A stretch of 64,000 bases of DNA from a virus: the IMG/VR virus record IMGVR_UViG_3300045988_137242. One strand, written 5' to 3'. Shown here piece by piece: positions 24,401 through 36,400 of the stretch (position 1 is its first letter; each line of letters opens with the position of its first letter). Under the pieces are notes generated by a model. The model was given only the letters and a program-made list of their open reading frames with translations. It had not been told where the DNA came from and did not search any database. The translations under genes were made by a program, and so were the position numbers.

Positions 24401-27400
24401 AGTTATCGAGGCACGATGAATGGTGTGAAGACCGATGGCGAACAGGTGCTGTTTGTCGAGGACAGGGACGGACGCAGACTGATGGTAGGTTCGGGTGATG
24501 TAGCCTTTGATTCCGTGACCGGCAGGGCGAAGGAAGATGTGGGCGATATGCTTGTATGTCTTGACCCGGAGACCAAGGAACTGGTGTATATGAAGGCAGA
24601 GGATGCCAAGTTTGTCGGTGTTCAGAATCCTGATGAATTTGCCAACGAGTATCGCCAAAAGTTGCAGGAGATAAACTCTCAGCCTTATAACGAGGCAATG
24701 CAGCGACAGGCAGAGCGTGATGCGGCGAAGAATCAGCAGGAAACGAATGAAGGAGAAACGAAGACGGAAGTGGCGGCACCCGAGACACCGATGCCGAAGG
24801 AAGATAATCCTGAATTATATAAGGTGGCAGATTCACTGCAAGGAAAAATCGGGCAGTCTTTGTCTAAGGATGAAGCGGATAGTCTTGTGTCTGAAATGGA
24901 AAATCGTGCCGAACCTGCAAGAGAATTGGAGTTAACACCAGAGAACTGGACTGCCGAATTTGGTGAAGACGGTAAGGTTGCAACCCCACTCGGCGAGGTA
25001 AAGATGGGAGAGAACCAATACTTTAAACTTGCCAAGGAGGGAAGAAACGGAAAACTTGGTTTGATTAAGCCTACATTGGAAGACCCAGATGTAATCATCG
25101 AGGATGCAAGTCAAGCTAAAGAAGGTCAAGTAACAGAACGTCATAGTTCATACTTGTTTGTAAAAGCATTCACTGGCAAGGATGGAAATCGTGTATATTA
25201 CTTTACTTCTGTTACGGTTAGCCGTGATGGAAAAGAGGTTGTAGTTTCCAACCAAGAAAGAAGAGCAAAACGAATTGCTACGGTAATGGAGAGTGGAAAG
25301 ATTCTATATTTAAAAGGAAATCAGTCTGCATCCGTTGCGCAGAACGAGAAGCCTGTTTCTCTTGGTGATTCGAACTCCTCTACTACTACAGGCAGTCAAG
25401 GAGCCTTGCACGGTATCAATTCACCTGATTTACATGGCAAAGATACGAACAATTCTTCAAACGGCAATGGGAATGAAGGAACTTTAACACATTCTGCTGC
25501 TTCTTACGAGAAGAATGACATACCTGTAGACAAGGACGGAGAGCCGGCTTACGAGCAGGTGCCGAAGGAAAGGACAGTAGAGGATTTGTTCGGCAAGCTT
25601 GGCGGTGACGGTAATCTTGCACATAGCTTTGCGGAAGCCAAGGTAGCGGAAGCAGAGAAGGAGCGGAAGGCTTTGTTGAAGAAAGAGCCTAAGATGGGAA
25701 CCAAGATAAACGAGTATCTGAAGAAGAAGCGTGAGCATGATGAAGCTGTCAAGGCAGCAGAGGCAAAGGTTGCCTACTGGAATGACGTGAAAGGTGAGAT
25801 AGAGAAGCTGACACACACCACCCCTGAAGAGCTGAAGGAGCAACAGGCAGAGCTTGAAGGTACTGCAGCTACGGCAGAGCACAAGGCGTTGTATGGCGAG
25901 GGTCAGCCAGCAGACGGCACCGCTCTTGCAGCGAAGTTCGTTGCTGATGCCAAGATAACGCCAGAGAGTTTCAAGAAAGAGACAGGTTTCGGTACAGCAG
26001 AGCAGGCAGGTTTCGTGGGCATGATAGCCAAGGAAGAGAACGGCGGCAAGTCTATAGAGCGTCTTGCCGAGGACTTGGTGTACTATGACAACACGGAACA
26101 TAACGGTACGTACTTCCACGGCGACACCAACGAAGCGAGAAACGCCATCATCTCAGCCTTGGGTGCAGCGAGAACCCGTAAGGGACTCCGAGAGCTTGCC
26201 CAGCCCGACCTTGCGAAGTTTGAGAGTGAGCGAGCACAGGAGCGAGACAATGCTTATCATGAGGCTTACGGTATGGATTATGAAGAATATTTGGCATATT
26301 CTGAGCAGGAAATGCCTCATATATTAGAAAAAATAAATAACTTTGACGAGGAAAAGTATCTGCAAGACAAGGCAGAGGAGATTACGAACCAAATAGATAA
26401 AGAACATGGAAAAGCAATTGGAAGAGATGAGTCCGCAGGAGAAGAGCCAGTATATGGTGAAGGCGATAAAGTTCTGCCTGGCACACGGACTGATGAGCGA
26501 GGAGGAGGTGAAAGCCCCGAAGAACATGCAGGAAGAACGGAAGCTGAGCGCAGAAGCGATACTGAAAATGCGGCTCTACCAGAAGAAGCATCCTCAGGAG
26601 CCGGAAGAGTAGATGAGCGGCAGAAAGAAGTTGATGAGGCAGTGAAGCATGTAGCCACTGAGATAACGAAACAGACAGGTATTGAAGTGGTTACTGACGA
26701 GCGTGAGGGTCAGAGTGCTTTGGAGAGAGGTTTGCAGGTAGACAATAGCGTTAGAGAGCATAGAGCTTCGGCAGGCAGTACGATAGCAGGCATGCAACTG
26801 TTGCCAAAAGAACTGCGTATGAACGAGAGTGTGCTTACTGACCAGATATTGAACTATCATGGTGACTACATAGGCAAACTTCTTGAAAATGCTCAAGAAG
26901 ATTCGTCCGTATCATACTTCTCCGCTCATGATGGCAAATGGTACTTCTACAGCGTTGATAAAGACAGGAACATAAACATCTTGGATGCCGTAGAAGCATC
27001 AAGAGAAAACTTCGATTTATTTAAAGATAAACTGAAAGAATATGGATTTGACGGAAAATCAACAGCTCTTCGTAATGCTTTGTCGTCGTATGGCTACATC
27101 GGACGAACAGACAGCGATTTGCTTAAGTCTTTTCTCGCTGGAGGAACACAAAGCCGCAGTAGATTTCGTGATGGAGAGACTTCGGAAGGGAGAAGAGCCG
27201 ACAGAAATAGAGTGGCTGGAGAAGCTGACGGAACTCAATCTGAAGGCGATACGCAAGAAGCGAGGGAAATAAGGCAGTTCCGCACCAAGGATGGTGAGGT
27301 GTATGGCTTTACTGTAGACGGCAAGATATATCTTGACACGAAGAAGATGAAGCCGGAAACACCTCTGCATGAGTATACGCACTTGTGGACGGAGGCTTTG

Positions 27401-30400
27401 AAGAAGAAGAACCCGGAAGAGTGGGAGAACGTGAAGAAGCTCTTTGACGAGGTTGAAGGACTGAAAGATGAAGTACAGAAGCTGTATCCCGAACAGGAAG
27501 GCGATGCTTTGTATGACGAGATGATAGCGACCTATTCCGGCAGAGAGGGAACAAAGAAGCTTGAAGCGGTGGTCCGTGAGCTTGCTGCCAAGAATGGAAG
27601 CGGTGTAGCGGAAAGCGTCAAGGAGCAAGGCTTTATATATAAGGTAAAGGAAGCTCTGCAGAAATATTGGAAGGGAGTTGCCGATATGCTTCATATCCAC
27701 TTCACGACAGCCGAGGAAGTAGCTGACAAGGTGTTGGCAGACTGGGCAAAAGGAGTGAATCCGAAAGAGGAGAAGGTGGATGAGAAGAAAGAAGCAGTAA
27801 AAGCTGAGGAGCCCAAGCTGCCACTGAATCCTATAGAGCGTACAGCACTTGAATACCACGAAGAGAAAGTGGGTGCTGCACGTAAGGCATACGAAGAGGC
27901 GAAGGCTTCGGGTGACGAGTCAGAAATGAAGCGCACAAGAGACGAGTTCAAGAAAGCTCTTGACGACAAGCTGAAAGCGCAAGGCGTGGGCTTGGTGCAG
28001 AGAAGAAAGGAGATAGCTAATGAACTCGGCAAGGAAGAAGCAGAGAAGATAGACAAGCCTTGGAAAGACATGGACGGAGAAGAGCGTATGGCAGTAGCCG
28101 AGCAGAATCCGCTTACCGAGGAAGAAATCAGAAACAAGACCTCAGAAGAGAATCAAGATTTAATAGAAGATGCCATAGACTACCTAAACGGCAATCATGG
28201 CTTCGCACAACAAATAGCTTATTTAAAAATTTACGACGATGTTAGAAATAGACATGAGAATGTTTCCGGCGATAGCGGAACGGGAGACAGAACACAGTTG
28301 GATGCTGCCAATACTACAGGCGGCGAAGGATTGGGACTGGGACGAGGACGAGAAAGCGGAGGACCTGATGGACCAGTGGATAGAGGAGCAGGCAACGAAG
28401 CTGCATCCGGAGAGCGAACAGGCGGAGAGAGTGGTAAGGACAACCCTACTTTACCTGTTGGAAAACAAGGCGATAAGCAAGGTGAAGGAAGTCCATCCGG
28501 AATGGGCGGACTATCTGCCGGAGGTGCTGACGCCACAGGAGGCGGTGCAGTTAGCGGAGATGGACATGTATCTGACGGAAGCGGACGTGGAGGCGTCGAT
28601 AGATCTTCTAAGCCGGATGCAAGACGGAAGCCTGCAGCCAAGCAAGGAACTACTTGGCGAAATCGCACAGGCGCAGAAATAAAGCAGGAAGCCAAAGAAG
28701 CCAAGGAGGGACTGAAAGCAGCGTTGAAAGAGATGCTGAAACGAGGACGAGGCGAAGCAAGCATAAGTCTTACAGGTCTTAACTCCCGACAGATAGAGTA
28801 TGTGCCAGAGTTGATGAAAGCCGTGAAGCGTTACGGTATGTCGCTGATAGACCAAGGCATATACAAGGTAAAAGACTGGATGAACAATATCCGTGAGGGT
28901 ATCTATGACGACATGAAAGCCATAGGTTTCACGGATAAGGATATTGACGACTTCATCGAAGAGATGTGGAACTCCAAGATGCCGATGGATGGCGAGACCC
29001 ATACCATAGCTGAATGGAGTACAATCTATGGCAACGCCCAGCTGAGGAAGAAACTCAGCGAGAAGCTTGGCGAGAAGTACGAGCGTCAGATGGCAGCCGA
29101 GCCAATAGCGGTGAAGGTAGGCGACAGGAAGAACATTGAGGAGACGTTGCCGTTCTTGTTGCCTCAGCAGCAGGAAGACGTGCTGAAAGCCGAGACGCAG
29201 TTTTTCGGCAACGAGCATGCAGACCGAGAGCACGCATACGGCAAGGGTTATCTGTTCACCAACGGCACTGGAACAGGAAAGACCTATACCGGATTGGGTA
29301 TAGCCAAACGACTTGCCAAGCAAGGCAAGGGACGAATACTGTTCGTTACTCCAAGTCAGAAGAAGGTGAATGACTGGATGAAAGACGGAAAGAACCTCGG
29401 CTTGGACATCCGTGACCTTGATTCGTGGGCTAAGGAACGAGGCACGACAGCTACCACCGAGAGCGGCGAGGGAATGGTAATCACGACTTTTGCCAACTTC
29501 GGACTAAACAAGAAGCTTCTTGAAACCGAATGGGATGCCGTTATCTATGACGAGTGCCACCGCATTATGGAAAACAAGAAGGGAGCCGAAACGGCAAGAA
29601 GCATGCAGCACTACATGATGACGAACCGTGACGAGAACCATTGTTTCCTCAGACTGCAAGAAACAAACAAGGACTATCAGAAGATGCGCCTTGCTTCGGA
29701 GAAGTTTGACGAAGAGAGAAGCAATGAGATAGGACGCATAATGAGGGAGTATAAAGAGAGTCATCCAGAGGCAAGGACAAAGGATGTCATCAACGCTACG
29801 TATAAGCTACAGCCGAAAGAGCTGAACAGCTTTGCTCCTGCAGATGCAGCGAAGTTCCCCAAGTTGGGCAAGGCTTACCAAGAGTTTATGTCGGCGAAAG
29901 AGCACTATTATAAAGATGTAGAGCCTAAGCTGAGAGAGCAAGCCAAGAATACTTGGAAGAAAACGAAGACCATCTTCCTGTCAGCAACGCCGTTCAATAC
30001 GAGAGAGAACCTTGATTATGTAGAAGGCTACATCTTCAAATATCCCGAAATGAGCGATGATGGCATGAACGGCAGGACGCGATTCTATCTTGACCATTTC
30101 GGTGCAGCATACAAATACCGCTATCACCGACTGGAGCAGACAGTGAGCAATCCAGATGCCATTGCAAAGCAGGAAGTAGCATTCTCTGACTATCTGCAGA
30201 ATACGCTCGGAACGATGAGCGGAAGAATCATAGACAGCCCTTATGACTATTCACGAGACTTTCCTACCGTATCTCCCGACCATGCAGAGGAATTCAACAT
30301 AGCCGTGCAGGATGCCGTGAGAGGACGTTATCTCGGTTCTGCATACAGGAAGACTATAGGCGAATACAACTATGGCAGCGCATTATTTGAGACGATGAAG

Positions 30401-33400
30401 GTGGCGAATATCATAGACCGCATAAAGCAGCATCTTGACGCAGGGCGCAAGGTGGTGATATTCCACCGCAGGACAGAGACGAAGACTCCGATAAAGCCAC
30501 CGTTCGCCTATATGCTTGAAGTTGCCAACAAGGAAATCTCTCTGATGCGACCGGGCAAGGAGAGGGAAGAGTATATCCGGGAGGTGAATGCTTTCCGCAA
30601 GGAGCATGCCGGGCTGTTGCAATGGGAGAAGACCTTGGACTACAGTATGCCGAGAGAGCAGCTTGCCAAGGTGTTCGGCAAGAACAACGTGCTGTTCTTC
30701 AGTGGCAAAGAAAGCAAGACGGTGAAGGATAAAGCCGTAGATACGTTCAACGACGACAATAGCGGCAAGAATATCATTGTGATACAGGAGGCGAGCGGCA
30801 AGGAAGGAATCTCTCTGCACGACACGACAGGCAAGCATCAGCGAGTATGTATAACGCTTGGTCTGCCTCAGAGCCCAATCACGGCATTGCAGATAGAGGG
30901 ACGCACGTACCGAATCGGCAACAAAAGTAATGCCATCTTTGAATATCCGGTATTGGGTTTGAACTCTGAGATGATGCTGTTTGGCGAGAAGTTCAACAAT
31001 CAGGTGTCAACGACAGAGAATCTTGCACTTGGCAGTCAGGCGAGAAACTTGCGAGAGAGCTTTGCTAAAGGTATACTGGAGCATAGCGGAGTAGTACCTA
31101 TTGACCAACAGGGAGTCGGCGGCAAGGAATTTGACGCACCAAAGCAAGGTGACAGTGATCCGTTTGATGATGCCGTGCTTGACTACTACAGCAACCAGAA
31201 GCTCAACAGGAAGAACCGAGAAGGTGTGGACTATTTTCCAACGCCGGAGCCACTTGGCTACAAGATGATGGAATGGGCAAGAGCCGGAGAGGGCGACACT
31301 ATATTGGAGCCAAGTGCCGGACATGGAGCTATAGCAAGGTATGCGCCCAAGGAGAACCAGTTGACAGGAATAGAGCCAAGTCAGAGCCTGTTCGCCAAGT
31401 TGCAGTTGAAGGCAGGAGGTTTGGGCAGGAAATTCATGAACACCGTGTTTGAGAACTACGACATAAGCAACAAGCACGACGTAGTTGTAATGAATCCACC
31501 GTTCGGTACGGCAGGAGCGACAGCGATAGCCCATCTCGACAAGGCTTTCAAGCACTTGGAGGAAGGCGGTAGAGTAGTAGCCATAATACCGAGAGGCAGC
31601 ACCGACAAGAAGTTTGACAAATGGCTGGACGGACAGAAGAACGTTGCCATGCGTGCAGAGGTAGACCTACCCGACATAGTATTCCAGCAGGCTGGAACAT
31701 CGGTAGTGAGCCGTGTTGTGGTGCTCGACAAGATAACGGATGCGGCATTGCGCAGCAAGGCAGGCAAAACGGAGCGTATAGACCTTAGCGGACGCTATGA
31801 CAAGATAGAGGATTTCTTTGAGGAGCTGAGAAATATAGAGATGCCTGAGCGAATCATAGACACGCAAGCCAAGATGCAGAAGAAGGCGAAGGCGGCAAAG
31901 ACCAGTATCAAGGAGATAAAGGGTGTAAGAGACGTGAAGCTTGACAAGAACGGCATTTTGGTAAGCATGCGAGGTGACTGGATGGACTACGGCATCAGTT
32001 TCTCGGGCAGCGACAAGCCTCAATATTGGAGAGAGAAGATGTCAAACTTCTACGAGAAGTATGAGGAGTTGGAGAAATCAGCCTTCAACGAAGACAAGAA
32101 AGCTGTATTCAGCGAGATGAAAGAGCTTAGCTGCAAGCTTGCCGGAATGACCGAGGACGAGATGCAGAGATATATAGCAGGTCGCAGGAACAGTGGCGAA
32201 CAGGATGGTGTTCATTTCAGAACAGAGGAAGATATAGAGGATGTTAACAAGAGGTTCAATGAGCGTCTTGAAAGTCTGAAAGCTGACCCTAAACAAAAGG
32301 GTGGAGAACTGAAACTTGGATATCCGGGTACATTCTTAAAAGATGCAGGATTTGGTGACAGCGAAATTGTTTTGGAATATGCCAAGATAGAAAGAAAGTC
32401 ATCGGAGGAATACAAGAATGACCATCCTTTTGATGTTGAAGATATAAAGGATTTGCCGAAAGCCATAAATACCCCTATTGCCGTATTTGATAATACAAAC
32501 GGGAAAGAGGCAGGAAAGACAATTCTTACAGAGCTGCAAAAGGACGGAAAGAATTTTATTGTTGCTATACGTGCAGCAGAACGTCGTCAAAAGGGTGGAA
32601 TAGTTTTGGAAGTAAACGAAATAAAAACTTTGTTCCCGAAAGAGGCACGTGGAATCGTAAATTGGTTTAACACGGGTAAGACCTGTAATGTAGACAAAGA
32701 AAAAGCCCTCACTTGGTTAGGGGCCCTCCGCACCCATCGCGGAACCTGGCTAACCGAGCAAGAGCTTTCTTCTGCCACAAATGTAGTGAAAGATTTTGAT
32801 ATAGAAAAGCGCAAGTCGCTGAATTTTCGCATAGGGGACAATAAAACCGAAAAACAGAACAATTCTGTTGCGACAATATCAGAAGATGCGCCAGTAGTGG
32901 TGAAGCATGTGGACAGAGTGTCGAAGGAGACAGGAGTGAAGGTGAACATGGTGCAGAGCGCAGAGGAAGTGAACAGTCCGAGAGTGAAGAAAGCCATAGA
33001 GGATGGCAAAGAGGTTACAGGCTGGTATGACGAAAGGACAGGCGAGGTGCATCTGTATATGCCGAATATCCATGACCGGTATACCGCCGAGAAGACCATC
33101 TGGCATGAGACGGTAGGACACAAGGGCATGCGTGGATTGATGGGCGAGCAGTTTGACAAATTCCTTCGTGACATGTGGTATGACCTTGACAAGCCCGAGA
33201 ATGCGGAGCTGAAGAAGCTCGTGGACGAAGAGAGGAGACGCAATCCTCTGAATATCTATGATGCCATAGAGGAAGGGATAGCGAGACTTGCCGAGGAAGG
33301 CAGAGGCGAGCCGGGCTTTTGGCGAAATATCAGAAACAAGGTGACGGACTTCTTCCGTGAGATAGGCTACAGGATAGCACCGAACACGAAGGACGTGAAG

Positions 33401-36400
33401 TATCTGTTGTGGCTGAGCAAGAACCTACAGAAGAATCCTAACGATGTGTTCTACAAGATGAGGGCAGAAGCCGTGAGATGGCGACTGGACCATGAGGCAG
33501 TACCCGATGTGATAGAGGCGAACGGCATGTTCTTTGACAATGACGGGAAGAATCGAGAATACGTGCTTGACTTGAGCCAAAAGGACTTTGAGCAGGCTAC
33601 AGACGGTAAGATACATTTCAGGACATCACCAGCCACGGCATCCAAGATAGAAGAGTATAACAGACGACTTGAAGGGAAAATCTACTCAGCCAAGGAGAGT
33701 ACGGTGGACTATATGCAGTCTGTGCAGGAGTATATGGAAACCGTATCGGGAAAGAAGAATGTGGCAAGAGACATCCCGTCTTCTTGTAATCCGCTGCAAG
33801 CTGAAAACAGAAGCAGTAGTATAAGTCAGAAGAAATGCGATAGATACGACAGGAAGTATATGACTCCTCTTGATGATGTTTTCAAGAAAGTTATTTCGTA
33901 TGTGGATGGAAAGAACAGCGATTTCCAGAAGCAGAATACGGAGCTTTATATGATTATGAAGCATGGACTGGAGAGAAATCGAGTGTTCTTTGTGCGCGAC
34001 CGTATCGGAGAAAATCTGAGAGAGGAAATAAAGAGCATAAGGGAAGCTGCTGAGCAACAGCCAGAACCGAAGAAATGGGAACGCACAGAGACAGAGAAGG
34101 CGAAGATGAAAGCAGATGCTCTGTCAAAAGAGTGGGAACAGAAGTTTGGTGAGCTGAGCAAAGACTTGGAAGATGGCAAGCTACAGCTTGACGAATACTA
34201 CGGACAGATGGACGAGTGGATTCGCAGTAAGATATACGAGGAGTATGAATCCACCAAATATGACTACTCCGGTCTTACTGATATTATCAAGAACACTAAA
34301 GACTGGAAGAGTGATGCCGACATCATAGAAAAGGTAAAGGATGTAGAGAAGAAAATCAATGACGGGAAGAGCGGATTGGTAAAGGAATTCTGGGAGAAGA
34401 AGAGAGCCGCTACCGATGCTATCATAGATTCGGAATACGATTCGGGTAAGATAGACAAAGATTCGGCGGCGCACTTCAAGAGTATGTTCAACTGGTATGT
34501 GCCATTGAGAAAGTTCAATGAGACTACCGCCGAGGATGTATACGGTTATATCACAGAGAGCGGCGACCCCAGTCAGTATATAGGTTCTGTCATAGCCAAG
34601 GCGAACGGACGAAAGAGCCTTAGCGATACCAATGTGATGGCTCAGATATTTGCGATGGCGAAAAGTTCCATAATAAGCGGAGAGAAGAATATTGTGAAAC
34701 AATACTTCGCAAGATTCGTGGAGGCTTACGAGACAGGCGAAGCACAGGAAAAGGTTTTTGTAGAGATACATCCTTGGGCTGAAAGGCATGTCGTTGACGG
34801 CAAAGAAGTGTGGGAAGAGGTATATCCACAAGTGCCAGAGGATGCCACCCAGCATGAGATAAGCGATATATTACAGACTTTTGAAGACAAGATGCGGGCG
34901 AAGGAGGCTTTGGGCGAGGCAAGGCTATTGACACGTAGAGGCAGTGTCGGCTACAAGTTTCAGCGTGAGAAAAACAAGAATGAGCATATAGTAGAGGTGT
35001 ATATTGCCGGTAAGAAGCGTATGTATTTCTGTCAAGGCAACCCACGGGCAGCCCAAGCGATAAACGGTCTGTTGCACGATTCTGGAACGTCAAAAGGCAA
35101 GCTGTCGGCATGGATTTCAAAGAAGTCGTCATCCATCAACAGGACATGTGCGCAGCTGAACACGTCATACAACCCGGACTTCTTCTCCTCCAACATGGTA
35201 CGAGACTTTACTGTGTCATCCGCAATTCTTGTCAAGGAAGGACCGAAATACGCAAAGAGGTTCTGTAGGGAGTATTACAACAACTTGAAGTTCCTCAATG
35301 GTGAGGACAGCTATTGGAAGATGCTCGGCAAGTATAACAATGACAAGATAGACGAAAGCAACACACGTCAGAAGTACTTCAAGGAGTTCATGGACAATGG
35401 CGGTCAGACAGGTTTCGTGCAGCTTGAGAAGCTTGAAAGAGTCATTAAGGAGTATAACAACCTTGTAAAGACAGGCAAGAGAGACGCTGACGGATGGTTT
35501 GCGAGAGCTTTGAAGAAGGCGGGATTCATCGAGATCGCTAACGAGACGTTTGAGAACATAGCGAGATATTCATGCTACGTGACATCAAGAGAGTCTGGGC
35601 GAAGTATAGGACGAAGTGTATATGATGCAAAGGAAGTTTCGGGCAACTTCAATAGGCACGGAAGCGGAGATGCCATCAGTACTTTGAAGACAGCGAATGA
35701 CAGTAAGTCGGACGTGGCGTTCAGAAATGTAGTCGGCTTCTTCAACAGCTACATGAAGAATCACACGATGTTCTACAATGCTGGTGTGCAGGGTGCGAAC
35801 ATGTTGTTTAAGAACTATAAGTTTGCTCCTGTGGCAACGGCAATGTCGTTAGGTGTGATGCCGTTTGCCTTGAATATGGCAATCGCTGCGATAAACCAGT
35901 TTTTGATGGGCATAGAAGACGAGAAGAAGCGAGGTGGCGTGAAAGACCCTTATGCCGAGTTGCCAGAGTGGAAACGAAGGAACAATATCAACATCTATAT
36001 ATTTAGAGGTCATTTCTTCACGTTGCCGTTAGGTATAGAGTTGAGAGCCTTTTACGGGCTTGGCGATGTAGCCTTGGCACATAGCTTCTATGATGGTTTG
36101 AAGAGTGACACTCCGATAGGATATGACATACTCGGACAGTTGGCGCAGCTGGTACCAAGTTCTGACTTTTTGGGGCATCATGCTCCGGGCGACAATACAA
36201 CAGACGCATTGAAGGATGTAGCACTTGCTGTAACACCAACAGCACTGAAGGCTGGTGGTGAACTTGTAGCTAACAGAGACTGGACGGGGCGACCGATATA
36301 CCGAGACCAGACCTATCTTGACATAGCTCCAAGATGGAAGCGAGCTTATGACAGTACGAATGAAGCGTTTGTAAAAGTTAATAAGTTGGCAAACAAATGG

